IMG/VR virus record: IMGVR_UViG_3300009184_000029
Span: 1 to 64,000 of that record
Reading direction: 5' to 3' (one strand)
DNA: 64,000 bases
Positions 45,615-55,614 of this stretch are shown piece after piece. A model generated the notes under the pieces. The model was not told the DNA's origin. It saw only the letters and a program-made list of their open reading frames with translations, and did not search any database. The translations under genes were made by a program, and so were the position numbers. How positions within the stretch are numbered: the stretch's first letter is position 1; every line of letters begins with the position of its first letter.

Positions 45615-46240
45615 TTATTCTTTTTCATTTTTGATACAATCTTAGTCAAGAATTTTTTAACCGTGACCCCCACGGTAACACTCGTTAAGTACATTAAGAT
45701 TCTTTTAACTATCTCTTCAACACTTAACGAAAGGATATCCCCCTGACTTACTAAACCGTATATTATTGGTAATATTGGTATAACAAAAGTAAAACCAATT
45801 ATTTTTGAAATATTATCAATGTATATTCCCACACTAGATAAAAAAGACAAAAAATTGTCTTTTATTCTTTCAGCTTTAGGTAATAAATCTAAGAAAAATT
45901 GATACAATCCCTTTTCAATTAATTTATCCTTAACTGTATTAAAAAATTTTTTATTTTGGTAAAGTACTGAGAATAATAAACCCGACAATACTAAAAATCT
46001 ATCTGAATCTGAAAATTCAGGAAATTTCCCTTGGATAATATCATTCAATGGTGACATAAACCCACCAATGGAAGCACTCCAAGATAAAAGAATCCCAAGG
46101 TCTAAATTAGTTTGTTTTTTAACCTCATCTAAAATTGATTCTCCTAATTTTTTAGATTCATTGGAAATATTTTCAATATCATTAGATGCTGATTCTAAAA
46201 TCAATTTTTTTCTCTGTAAATCTGTAATATAAACTTTCAT
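45611..46240 (-). CDS. Leader-bearing membrane protein (MKVYITDLQRKKLILES)
   Basis: Start reassigned; TATTTATA upstream; hydrophobic segments. Confidence 0.6.
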   Translation of the reverse strand: MKVYITDLQRKKLILESASNDIENISNESKKLGESILDEVKKQTNLDLGILLSWSASIGGFMSPLNDIIQGKFPEFSDSDRFLVLSGLLFSVLYQNKKFFNTVKDKLIEKGLYQFFLDLLPKAERIKDNFLSFLSSVGIYIDNISKIIGFTFVIPILPIIYGLVSQGDILSLSVEEIVKRILMYLTSVTVGVTVKKFLTKIVSKMKKNN

Positions 46241-46280
46241 TGTATTTATATAAATATAAATAATTTTTAAATATTTTTTT

Positions 46281-46859
46281 ATGAGTAAATTAAATCCTGA
46301 AGTCGAGATAGGAGATAGAATAATTTGTTTGTCGATGAAAGGTGAGAACGATTTTATGGGTGAAAAAGGAGTAGTCACTGGACAAAATGAAATGCAAATT
46401 TTTGTGAAATGGGATAATAAGGGGTCATCAATTTCAATGTTAAAAGATGAGGATAAATGGTTAAAAGAGGAAGATTACCATAAGAAAAGAAAACTAAAAG
46501 AGTCTTCTTATCTTAATGTTAATGAATTAGCCGAACACACAAAAGTTTTGAAATATTTTAAAATGCCAGAAATAAAAAAATATTTAGATTTATTACGAGA
46601 AACAAGTATAGTTAATATGTTATCATCGTCCCCATACCTTTACATGGGTAAGAATACTTTGAAAAAAGAACATTACAATGTAGATAGTGAAAGTTTTGAT
46701 GATTTAGTTGACATGGCTGATAAGGTAAAAGAAATTATGATTAGAGGAGCCATGAAAGTAATTGAAGATGAAGGAAAAGAAATAACTATTGAAAATGTTA
46801 ATAGAACTGTACAAAGATACGCTCCAAAAATATTAATGTTTTGGGTGAAACATTATTAA
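46281..46859 (+). CDS. Hypothetical protein (SH3-like N-terminus; YLDLLRETSIVNM motif)
   Basis: ORF. Confidence 0.6.
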   Translation: MSKLNPEVEIGDRIICLSMKGENDFMGEKGVVTGQNEMQIFVKWDNKGSSISMLKDEDKWLKEEDYHKKRKLKESSYLNVNELAEHTKVLKYFKMPEIKKYLDLLRETSIVNMLSSSPYLYMGKNTLKKEHYNVDSESFDDLVDMADKVKEIMIRGAMKVIEDEGKEITIENVNRTVQRYAPKILMFWVKHY

Positions 46860-47089
46860 ATTAAGAAAACTGGGTTCTGTTCTCCAAAATGTCCACCGAT
46901 AATGTTGTAGTCAAAATATTCATGGGCATCTTCTTCATTCATGTCTTCCATAAGTTTTTGAATTATTTTTTCTTTCGAGTATAAAACTCTGTTTCCATTA
47001 CCAAATTCTTCAACAACGCCTATAATACAGTCATCAAATCCTGTTAATAGAACCGCTCCTTCAGCATTTTCGTTTATGTATTCAATCAT
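46856..47089 (-). CDS. Conserved small phage protein
   Basis: LTGFDDCIIG...VLYSKEKII..LM...EEDAHEYFDYNI.G..FGEQNP. Confidence 0.7.
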   Translation of the reverse strand: MIEYINENAEGAVLLTGFDDCIIGVVEEFGNGNRVLYSKEKIIQKLMEDMNEEDAHEYFDYNIIGGHFGEQNPVFLI

Positions 47090-47586
47090 AGTAATTCTGA
47101 TAAATTAATCCCATCAATATCTTTATCACTCATTTTTAGTTTGAATGTAAACCCTGCAGTCATTTTAGTAATAGTCTCCTTAACTTCTTCAACACTGTCC
47201 CATTTAATTGAAACCTCGTGTTCAGGAGAGTATACCTCATCAACCAAATAATTAACAATTGTTCCACTTTGTAGAGTTAAGAATCCGTGAGCATATCCGA
47301 TAGGGACATATAAACTATCACCTTCATTCATCATGAATTCAAAAGTTTTACCGAAATTTGGGTTTAGTTTATCTACACAAACACAAAAATCCAAAATTCT
47401 ACCTTTAATTACCATTACTTCTTTTGCTTGAGACTTTGGGAATTTTTGTAGATGTAGTCCTCTAAATACAAACATATCGTCATTAATACTAATATTTGAT
47501 TGAACCCATTTATCGGATAATTTAATTGGGACGAAAAAACCTCTATGGTCTTTAAAAATTGGTTGTTTACTTAATTCAGGTATCAT
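47086..47586 (-). CDS. rmlC: dTDP-4-dehydrorhamnose 3,5-epimerase
   Basis: FKDHRGFF, QSNIS, FRGLHLQ, GRILD, YVPIGYAHGFLTL, YSPEHE..IKWD. Confidence 0.92.
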   Translation of the reverse strand: MIPELSKQPIFKDHRGFFVPIKLSDKWVQSNISINDDMFVFRGLHLQKFPKSQAKEVMVIKGRILDFCVCVDKLNPNFGKTFEFMMNEGDSLYVPIGYAHGFLTLQSGTIVNYLVDEVYSPEHEVSIKWDSVEEVKETITKMTAGFTFKLKMSDKDIDGINLSELL

Positions 47587-47654
47587 ACACTAAATTTAAT
47601 AATAATACTTTTTTTTGTCAAATAGATATGTCAATATATTTATAAATAAAAAAT

Positions 47655-48137
47655 ATGAACTCGTATTTCCTAAACATTAGCAACGAAGAAAAAAATTCAA
47701 TTGCTGAAAAACATAGAACTTTATATAATGGATTCCAAACTATGAAAATCCATAAGACAAATGAAACCCCATTAAATGTTGAGGATTTGGCATTAGATAA
47801 AGGTGGAGTTACTCTAACCTCTAAAAATGAAATATCAACTTATACTAACACTATGTATATGACAGAATCTAAATCTGAAGAAGTATGTGAGGAGTGTGGT
47901 AAAATGTATGAGGGTGAAGGAGAAACTTGTGAATGTTGGAAAAATGAGATGTATGAAGGGGAAGTATGTGAGGAGTGCGGTGAGATGTATGAAGGAGAAG
48001 TATGTGAAGAGTGCTCAGGGATGAAATACGAGTATGAGAACATCGAAGAGTCAATACAGTTAAAATCTAAGTCTAAACAAGTACATGAAAGTATTGAAAA
48101 GACTTTAGATATGTTTAGAAGATTCGGAAACAAGTGA
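47655..48137 (+). CDS. Leader-bearing protein with EVCEECG/MYEG repeats
   Basis: ISNEEKNSIAEKH leader; three EVCEEC units. Confidence 0.65.
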   Translation: MNSYFLNISNEEKNSIAEKHRTLYNGFQTMKIHKTNETPLNVEDLALDKGGVTLTSKNEISTYTNTMYMTESKSEEVCEECGKMYEGEGETCECWKNEMYEGEVCEECGEMYEGEVCEECSGMKYEYENIEESIQLKSKSKQVHESIEKTLDMFRRFGNK

Positions 48138-48138
48138 T

Positions 48139-48468
48139 ATGAAAATACAAGAAATAGTTGATTATTACTATAATTCAGATATCAACTGTTTAAAAGTTTC
48201 ATTTAGGTTAAAAACTGACCAAATGAACCAAATAAGGGAAACCGAATTTGATATAGACGACATAAAACAATGGGGATATGATATTGTTTTTAATGAGAGT
48301 TTAATATCAGAGTCTACACAATTTTATTTTGAAGATGAAAACGAAGATTATTTTTTTGAAGAAGTTAATGAGGAAGTTTTGGAGGTTGATGAGGATTCTC
48401 TATTAGAATTCTTAAATGAGTATTACAACGAAAACCCTAAAAAATTACCTAAGACTTCACTTTTTTAA
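48139..48468 (+). CDS. Acidic hypothetical protein
   Basis: ORF; LNEYYNENPKKLPK C-terminus. Confidence 0.6.
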   Translation: MKIQEIVDYYYNSDINCLKVSFRLKTDQMNQIRETEFDIDDIKQWGYDIVFNESLISESTQFYFEDENEDYFFEEVNEEVLEVDEDSLLEFLNEYYNENPKKLPKTSLF

Positions 48469-48542
48469 AACCAATTACGGTTATTTTTTTTCATTTTACA
48501 AATATATGTAATAATTCTTTTAAAAATACTATTTATTAGAAA

Positions 48543-48812
48543 ATGAAAAAAATCATCAATTCATACGACGTTATACTTTCAGTTATGAACGTAGTTAATG
48601 AACAAGAAGGTGGAGATACTGGAGGTGGGGCAAGCACATCAACTGCAACTGCAACAAAGTGGGAATCCGGTGTTAAAAGAGGAAAGGCTAATCCGATTGA
48701 TTCAAAAATTAAATGGGAATCAGGGTTAACAAGAGGAAAGGCTAATCCGATTGATTCAAAAACTAAATGGCAATCAGGGTTAACAAGAGGAAAAGCTAAC
48801 CCATTGAGTTGA
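48543..48812 (+). CDS. Protein with three 18-aa KW(E/Q)SG..RGKANP repeats
   Basis: VVNEQE motif then 54-bp tandem repeat. Confidence 0.7.
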   Translation: MKKIINSYDVILSVMNVVNEQEGGDTGGGASTSTATATKWESGVKRGKANPIDSKIKWESGLTRGKANPIDSKTKWQSGLTRGKANPLS

Positions 48813-48853
48813 TTTTTTTACTTTTTATAATATTTATAGTATAAACAAACATT

Positions 48854-49606
48854 ATGGGTAAAAATGAATTAATCGAGAGGTTCAAATTACTAAGTAAATA
48901 CGATACTTCAACAACCTTAACTGAAAATTTCAAAAAGTCTGATTTAATAAAAGAGGATAACTCTGACATCGCATTAGCTGCCGGAGCGGGAGCTGCCGCA
49001 GGTTCTTTTATACCTGGAATTGGGACTGCAATAGGAGCGGGAATTGGAGCCTTAGGGGCTTGGTACGCAACTAAAGATTCAGGACCTCAAGAGAGAGTTA
49101 GAATGGCATTTGATTTATGTAATAGAGTACCTGCCGACAAACAAGGTGAAAAACTTGTTGACGGTAATGCAATAGCGGATTCTATATATGACGCAATTGA
49201 CGGTTTGGGAACTGACGAGGAGGCTTTAGGGACTGCGTTCTCTCAGATTCAGTCTATTGCTGATATGTGTGCAGTTAAAAAAGCTTACGAAGGGACTTAT
49301 GGTAAAGATATATACAATGAACTTGATGGTGACATTGATTCTGATGAAGATTGGATGGTTATTTTAAGACCTTTAAGAAATATTCTTGACGCTCAAGCTC
49401 AACAAGCTCAACAATCGACTACAACAACTCAACCAACTCCAAACCCAACAGGCCAAGGATGGGAGAAATACCCATGTGTTGTTACAAACGCTAAAAGTTA
49501 TGATGCGGCAACAAACACGTATAAAGATGAAACATGGACATTTACTAACGATGGAAAAATGAGTAATGGTAAGGTCAGTATTTGTTATACATGTTCACCA
49601 AGTTAA
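48854..49606 (+). CDS. Glycine-zipper helix + annexin-like repeat protein
   Basis: ALAAGAGAAAGSFIPGIGTAIGAGIGALGA; IYDAIDGLGTDEEAL...VKKAYEGTYGKDIYNELDGD. Confidence 0.65.
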   Translation: MGKNELIERFKLLSKYDTSTTLTENFKKSDLIKEDNSDIALAAGAGAAAGSFIPGIGTAIGAGIGALGAWYATKDSGPQERVRMAFDLCNRVPADKQGEKLVDGNAIADSIYDAIDGLGTDEEALGTAFSQIQSIADMCAVKKAYEGTYGKDIYNELDGDIDSDEDWMVILRPLRNILDAQAQQAQQSTTTTQPTPNPTGQGWEKYPCVVTNAKSYDAATNTYKDETWTFTNDGKMSNGKVSICYTCSPS

Positions 49607-49621
49607 TCAATAGGAATAATA

Positions 49622-50869
49622 ATGAGTTATAAAAATTTAAAAATATCTGACACTGAAAAGAAGTTAATTCTTGAATCTCATAATGGGGGACAAAATTCTC
49701 ATGTTATGGCGATGAATATCTCAGTTGATGGTAAATATATGGTTGTTTTTGATAACCTAATGGACCTTAAAACCAATAAAAATTTAGGTAACATATGGGA
49801 AAACAAAGATGCCTTCAATACTATAGTTGAACATCTATTTAGTTTAAATCCGGATTCTGAACATAGAGAATATATTAATGAATCTGAAGTGATTCAAGAT
49901 ATATGGTATAAAGTTGATGAGATTAAATTATTTGTTAAGGAGAATATTAATTCTGCAGAAAATTTAATTACTGAAGGTTTTTGGGGTTGGGTTAAAGAAA
50001 AGGCTGGTCAAGCTTGGGAAGGAGTAAAGAGTGTTGGGTCTATGGTTGGTAAAGGTATTATTTGGTTATTAAGAAAACTAAGGTCATTTTTATATCATCC
50101 TGTTGGTATTGCGTTAGACATAGTATTAACTGCGACAGGTATCGGAAAACTAGCCCCCATGATTATGTGGGGAGCAGTTGTTTGTTTAGATATATATGAA
50201 TTATTAACAGGAGATTATGCTGAGGAAGATAAAAACTTACCGATGTGGGCAAGACTATTATTTTTAGCGGTTGATTGTTTAGCATTGGTTTTTACAGGTG
50301 CCGTATCTAAAACAGTTAGAGTTGGAGTTGAGTCAGTGTTAACAGGTGCTAAAGGAATGACAGGAATATTAACTAAATTTCCAAAACTAGCGTCTTTCTT
50401 AAAAGGATTCACAGGATTTCTTCCAAAGATAATTGCACCTATAAAAAGTTTTTTACAATGGGTTGGAAAGAGTATTCCAGCAACAAGTAAATTTGTTGCT
50501 AAAATAAGTTCAGGTATGGACAGAATTTTTGCCGAAGTTGGTCAACTTTCTATGAAACATCAACAAACTGCATACCAACAAGCTGCACAATCGGCTTCTA
50601 AACAGTTAGGAAAAAATATTACTCAAAAAGAATTAAGTGCTGCCGCAACACAACAAGCGAAAAAAGGATTTAAACAGGCAGCAATTGCGACAGGAGTGAT
50701 AGGGGCCGCTCACGTAGGATTATCCGCATTATCAGGAGATGAAAATAAATCAGAAGAAGAAATTTCAAATACTACACCTGAAGAAAATAAAATGTTGGCT
50801 CAACAATTTTCGAGCACAATTGAACAGGACCCTGAGTTCGAAAAATTAAAACAAGAATTATCCCAATAA
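49622..50869 (+). CDS. Large leader-bearing protein with multiple amphipathic/hydrophobic helices
   Basis: ISDTEKKLILESH leader; internal INES and LITE; Gly/Ala-rich TM-like segments. Confidence 0.65.
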   Translation: MSYKNLKISDTEKKLILESHNGGQNSHVMAMNISVDGKYMVVFDNLMDLKTNKNLGNIWENKDAFNTIVEHLFSLNPDSEHREYINESEVIQDIWYKVDEIKLFVKENINSAENLITEGFWGWVKEKAGQAWEGVKSVGSMVGKGIIWLLRKLRSFLYHPVGIALDIVLTATGIGKLAPMIMWGAVVCLDIYELLTGDYAEEDKNLPMWARLLFLAVDCLALVFTGAVSKTVRVGVESVLTGAKGMTGILTKFPKLASFLKGFTGFLPKIIAPIKSFLQWVGKSIPATSKFVAKISSGMDRIFAEVGQLSMKHQQTAYQQAAQSASKQLGKNITQKELSAAATQQAKKGFKQAAIATGVIGAAHVGLSALSGDENKSEEEISNTTPEENKMLAQQFSSTIEQDPEFEKLKQELSQ

Positions 50870-50876
50870 TAAAATT

Positions 50877-52193
50877 ATGAAAGCAAATTTTTTAATATCA
50901 GAAGATGAAAAAAGAAGAATATTAGGTCTTCACTTGACAGAAAACTTGGTACATGGTACATCGAAAGATAAAGAGTTGATAAAAGAAATTCAAAGTATTG
51001 TTAAAGGTACTGCGGAGACTTTAGTTGATGTTGGAAAAAATAATAAAGTTTTTTTCCAAGATTTAAAGGCCGCGATGGAGGGTATCGGAATAACTGGTGT
51101 TAAAAGTGTTGAGGAATTTAGTGCCGCGATTAAAGATGGTAAAATTACCGCAACTGACGCAGTTAAAGTTTATTCTAAACTTTTTGAGATGAACAAAAGT
51201 TTGGCCCAAGAAGTTTTAGCAACTGTTAAAGAATCCCCATCATTTAAAGATTTAGTTAATTTATCATTCCCACAAGGAAAAGCGTTCTTAAACGCTGAAG
51301 GAAAACTTACCGCAGATGCGGCTAAGAAAATGGAATTGATTAAAAATTATTACGCTAAGGTTGGTTTAAAACCTGAGGCCATCGAGGGAGCAATTAAAGA
51401 ATTAAAGGCGGGTGGATTATCAAGTGAGATTAAATTTGCCGGTAGTAGAACTGCGGATGTTGCTAAAAATATTGCGAAGGTTGAGGGGTCGGCTTTAGGT
51501 AAAGAACTAGCACAAGGTGGTTTAGTAAAAGATGCTGCACAGGCAGGAATTAAACAAGGTACTAATGTTAAAATGGTAACTGTTGTTGATGGTAAAGCGG
51601 TAATCAAAGACGGACCTGTAGAATTATTTAAGACAGGTAAAGAATATTTCATTAAAATGCCATTATGGAAAAAAGTAGCATCAATTGGAGCGTTGGCAGG
51701 TTTAATTTACTTATTAACAGGTGATAGTGATGCATCAATCATAGTACCGCCACAAGCATCACCAATACTTGATAATGAGCTTTATTTCCCACCATATGTT
51801 ATACAAAATGATTGTAAAGTGTTAACTACACCAAAACGTACAGTACGAAATGAACCCGTTAAACCTGAACCCGTTAAACCAGTTGATTCTGAACCTGTTA
51901 TTAGTCCTATTGTTGGACCAACACCTTCACCAAGTCCAGAACCTTCGCCAAGTCCAGAGCCAGTTAATGTTGAAGGATTTGCCGGTAGAACTGATTTAAC
52001 AAAAGGTGAATGTAAAGGATTCTTCCAAATCATTGATAGTAGAGACGAACAAAGTGGTGGTAAAACTGCAAATGATAAAGAATTAACAACAATTAAAGCG
52101 TGTCTTCAACAATATAACTTTGTTGGAGATAAACACGGTAAATTGAAGAGAAGATACGGATTAAGTGGAAGTGGAGGAGATAAAGCAATCTAA
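50877..52193 (+). CDS. Large leader-bearing Ala/Lys-rich protein with TM segment and Pro-rich linker
   Basis: ISEDEKRRILGLHLTE leader; VASIGALAGLIYLL; PVKPE/PSPSPE repeats. Confidence 0.65.
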   Translation: MKANFLISEDEKRRILGLHLTENLVHGTSKDKELIKEIQSIVKGTAETLVDVGKNNKVFFQDLKAAMEGIGITGVKSVEEFSAAIKDGKITATDAVKVYSKLFEMNKSLAQEVLATVKESPSFKDLVNLSFPQGKAFLNAEGKLTADAAKKMELIKNYYAKVGLKPEAIEGAIKELKAGGLSSEIKFAGSRTADVAKNIAKVEGSALGKELAQGGLVKDAAQAGIKQGTNVKMVTVVDGKAVIKDGPVELFKTGKEYFIKMPLWKKVASIGALAGLIYLLTGDSDASIIVPPQASPILDNELYFPPYVIQNDCKVLTTPKRTVRNEPVKPEPVKPVDSEPVISPIVGPTPSPSPEPSPSPEPVNVEGFAGRTDLTKGECKGFFQIIDSRDEQSGGKTANDKELTTIKACLQQYNFVGDKHGKLKRRYGLSGSGGDKAI

Positions 52194-52207
52194 TATTTAT
52201 TAAAGAT

Positions 52208-52966
52208 ATGAAAAAAGAAAAACAAAATTTAAATGAATCATTAAGTAGAATTAAAAACCTCTTTCAACACGAAAGAGGTGTTGTTATATCTGAACAAAGT
52301 TATCGAACTTTATTAAATGAAGAAGCCGCTAAGGGAGATTATTCGAATCCCTATGTTGATTCTGAAATGACAGGAGACGTTGATACTGTTCAACGTATTT
52401 TGGATTTACCAGTTTATCAAACAGGGTTGGAAAGTATAAAAAGTGTATTAGATAAATATGTCAATAAATGGGCGAAAAACGAAGAAAACCCTGCTAATCC
52501 AATCATTGTACCAGCACTTAACAGATTAGGGGAATTGTATACTATAGATGAAAGTGGAGATTCTTTGTATAATGACATTTCATCAATAGGTGAAAGAACC
52601 ATGGGAACCACTGCGATAAATCTTAAAAGACAATGTTTAAATATTTTAATTAATGCTCAAAGCCAACAAGCTCCGGCACCTCAGGCACCAGAAATAGTTT
52701 TAAAATGGGGAGATGGAAGTGAAGCTTCTAAATGTTTTACTCAGATAAAAAAAGACGGACATAGTGTTACGTTAGAAAAATCAGATGATGGGGTAGAATA
52801 TTTTTTGATTGCTTATACTGACCCTTCACTTAAACCCGGATATTTCTATAGAGACGGTGAATTGGCATATGAAGATGTAAATAAACCTGGTGAATTTATT
52901 AGTAAAAAATGGGCTTGTAGTGAACAACCTGATGGAAATGGTAGATACAACATACAATATATTTAA
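52208..52966 (+). CDS. Leader-bearing protein (LNESLSRIKNLF)
   Basis: LNES, ISEQ, LLNEE motifs; possible degenerate annexin-like helix bundle. Confidence 0.6.
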   Translation: MKKEKQNLNESLSRIKNLFQHERGVVISEQSYRTLLNEEAAKGDYSNPYVDSEMTGDVDTVQRILDLPVYQTGLESIKSVLDKYVNKWAKNEENPANPIIVPALNRLGELYTIDESGDSLYNDISSIGERTMGTTAINLKRQCLNILINAQSQQAPAPQAPEIVLKWGDGSEASKCFTQIKKDGHSVTLEKSDDGVEYFLIAYTDPSLKPGYFYRDGELAYEDVNKPGEFISKKWACSEQPDGNGRYNIQYI

Positions 52967-52970
52967 TAAT

Positions 52971-54872
52971 ATGAAAAAAAATATAATTTTAGAAACAGGT
53001 TCGGACCCAAGAAGTAAAAGAATGGCCGCTGCCAATAATACAAATAAAGGCGCTGCGAATAAAGGTACGGCAAATAAAGGTGGTACATTATGGACTCAGT
53101 CGCCATTTAAAGATAATGTATCAGCTAACAAGTTTAGAGCTTGGGTTAATAGTACTTACCCTACGGTTGCAACATCTGTTAATTTATCTCCAGAAGGCTC
53201 ACAAACCAATTCATATAGAAATTCTTACATTAAAAAGGCTTGGGAATACCCAACAACCACTGGAGGTAAATTAGGTGATGAATATTTAAAAACTGCTGAT
53301 GGACAGGCTTTAGGTGGAGGAGGTCAACCAGCTCCAGAAGCTGAAGACCTATCTATGTGGAATGATAAGGCTTATTGGACATCTCAAGCGAATACAAAAT
53401 GTTTACTTTCATTGGGTAGTAACTCAGTATTCTCAATTTCAAAGAAAGGAGTTTCAACCCCTATGTTAGGTGTTAACACAACACAAGGTCAAACTTATTA
53501 TTTTGACATGAAAGGTGGGGTTTTCAATAATAAGGGACAATCACTTGGTTTATCTTATTCTTGTGATGGTGACAAGGTAAATTTCTTTCAAGCTGGAACA
53601 AACGAATCAGGACTTAGTTTTAATACAACAAGTTTTCCTAAATTATTTGGTCAACAAGGAACTGTTCAAGGACAACCAAGTCCAACAGGGACAACTGAAA
53701 CAAAAGTTGATATTGGAATTGACGGATTAACCGCTGCGGGTATTACAACCGCTGAGGCGATTAAAGAAATGAATCAATTTAACCCTGCTAAATGTGGTCC
53801 AATCATTCAAAAGTATTACGAATTTGCGGTTAATAATGACCCTATCGAAGTTATTTTAAAACAAGTACCAGGTGGTAATGCAGGAGAAAGATTAGCGAAT
53901 CTTGCGAGAATGCAGATTAATGTTGAGGCTTGTAAAAGAATTATCGTTAATGATGCAGGTGGATTATTTAAAGGAAGAGGTGAGACCGAAAGTGCATTGG
54001 CAAGTTTCTTTAAAGGAAATAGACAAATTAGAAAACAACTTGAATATTTGGCAAACCCATCAAATCCTGTATTAAGATTACCTGACCAAGGGGTTTCTGC
54101 TAATAACCACTTCAAAACATTACAACAATCCTACGGTACTGCAACACAAAACAAAACGTTTAGTGATGAAGCAAAAAAAGAAATTTCATCTTATGTATTT
54201 AAAGAATCTATCAATAAGAGTGACAAATTAATTAATGAAATTGTTTCAGGTAAAATATCTAAATTAATTTCTGAAAATAATAAGAAATTATTAAATGAAA
54301 CAAAATTAATTTCTGAAAGATTTAATGTTATTAAAAATTCTTACGGTAGAATATCTAATGATAAATTTTATCATATGTTAATTAGAGAAACAATTAATAT
54401 GCAAAATAAGGGTTATAATGAAAACTTAATTTGTGAAGGATTATTTGATGATATATTCAGAGGTCTATTTGGTGGTGTTGAAGATACTGCAAAAGAAGAG
54501 TTGTTAGCATATCTATTAAAATTAATGGGTATTGAGAATAATAGTTATCTGTATAACTTATTAATTGTTGCCTTTGGTAACGTTCCAATCGCTGATATTC
54601 CTAAATTGTTTACTGATTGTAGATTTGTTACAAAAATATTCGCGGAATCTATACCTGAAGCAATGATTAGAAAAACTCAAGAAGGTAAAGGTTATGGTTC
54701 AGGGGTTTATGATGTTATTCGTAACACACTGGTAGACGCGATTGAATCTACAGAATTCGTATCAGGTTTAGAATCTAAATTAGGAAACATGATTTGTCCT
54801 TTAGTTGATAAAGTTAAAGGTAATATGGAAAGAGAATCATCTAAAATTAAAGAAATGTATTCAACAAAGTAA
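52971..54872 (+). CDS. Large putative virion protein (MKKNIILETG)
   Basis: Start reassigned; IILE at N-terminus; cluster of INE/ISE/LNE/ICE motifs near C-terminus. Confidence 0.65.
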   Translation: MKKNIILETGSDPRSKRMAAANNTNKGAANKGTANKGGTLWTQSPFKDNVSANKFRAWVNSTYPTVATSVNLSPEGSQTNSYRNSYIKKAWEYPTTTGGKLGDEYLKTADGQALGGGGQPAPEAEDLSMWNDKAYWTSQANTKCLLSLGSNSVFSISKKGVSTPMLGVNTTQGQTYYFDMKGGVFNNKGQSLGLSYSCDGDKVNFFQAGTNESGLSFNTTSFPKLFGQQGTVQGQPSPTGTTETKVDIGIDGLTAAGITTAEAIKEMNQFNPAKCGPIIQKYYEFAVNNDPIEVILKQVPGGNAGERLANLARMQINVEACKRIIVNDAGGLFKGRGETESALASFFKGNRQIRKQLEYLANPSNPVLRLPDQGVSANNHFKTLQQSYGTATQNKTFSDEAKKEISSYVFKESINKSDKLINEIVSGKISKLISENNKKLLNETKLISERFNVIKNSYGRISNDKFYHMLIRETINMQNKGYNENLICEGLFDDIFRGLFGGVEDTAKEELLAYLLKLMGIENNSYLYNLLIVAFGNVPIADIPKLFTDCRFVTKIFAESIPEAMIRKTQEGKGYGSGVYDVIRNTLVDAIESTEFVSGLESKLGNMICPLVDKVKGNMERESSKIKEMYSTK

Positions 54873-54890
54873 TTTTAATTTTATAGTATA

Positions 54891-54921
54891 AAAAAAAGGG
54901 ACAGTTTAACTGTCCTTTTTT
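54891..54921. terminator. Bidirectional terminator
   Basis: AAAAAAAGGGACAG-TTTAA-CTGTCCTTTTTT between convergent genes. Confidence 0.85.
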
Positions 54922-55411
54922 ATTTAAAATCATTTTGATAATCAATCCAAATATCATGTAGGTATTTACCAATTGAATCTGAAAATATTGTAGGTTCTGT
55001 TGGTTTTTTTTGTAATTTCATACCTGTTTCATTTAGTAATTTATCTCCCTTTTTAATGTTACAAGGGCTACAACAAGTTACCAAATTATCCCAAGAGTTA
55101 CCACCTCCTTTTGATTTAGGTATTAAATGGTCAATCGTAAGATTTTTTTTACTACCACAATAAACACAAGAATAATTATCTCTTCTCATTATTCTATTAC
55201 GATTTACTCTAGTTCTACGTCTTTTAAATGACACGTAACTTAATAGTCTTATGATTATTGGTCTTAAAAATTCTTTAACTCCGCAAACCAACGGTTCCTC
55301 CGAAGATTTAACAATCTCAGCCCTACCTTTATAAACTAAATTAAATCCTCTATTAAATGTTGTTACATTTAATGGACTATAATCATAATTAAGTACTAAA
55401 ATACCATTCAT
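54920..55411 (-). CDS. HNH endonuclease (McrA-like)
   Basis: LVLNYDYSPL; RRDNYSCVYCG, TIDHLIPKSKGG, WDNLVTCC..CN..KG. Confidence 0.92.
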   Translation of the reverse strand: MNGILVLNYDYSPLNVTTFNRGFNLVYKGRAEIVKSSEEPLVCGVKEFLRPIIIRLLSYVSFKRRRTRVNRNRIMRRDNYSCVYCGSKKNLTIDHLIPKSKGGGNSWDNLVTCCSPCNIKKGDKLLNETGMKLQKKPTEPTIFSDSIGKYLHDIWIDYQNDFK

Positions 55412-55476
55412 AATACACAATTATAACAAAAAAAATTGAATTTACAAATAAGTATTAGTATAATTAATAATATACA

Positions 55477-55611
55477 ATGGACCCAAAAGTAAAAAAAATT
55501 GAAGTAGAAGAAATAAAGCCAAAAACTGAAAATTTATCAGAAACTGAATCAAATAGTAAGGATACTTTTTCTGATTTATGGGATAATTTTAGTGGAACAC
55601 ATTTTATTTAA
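55477..55611 (+). CDS. Small acidic protein (44 aa, not in ORF track)
   Basis: Manual translation MDPKVKKIEVEE...WDNFSGTHFI*. Confidence 0.45.
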   Translation: MDPKVKKIEVEEIKPKTENLSETESNSKDTFSDLWDNFSGTHFI

Positions 55612-55614
55612 TAT

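Noticed and set aside
47875-48020. 33-bp GAAGTATGTGA(G/A)GAGTG repeats as a CRISPR array
   Set aside because: Irregular spacing, related intervening sequence and synonymous variation; coding repeat.
48650-48810. 54-bp tandem repeat as a CRISPR array
   Set aside because: Units are contiguous without unique spacers; ordinary coding repeat.
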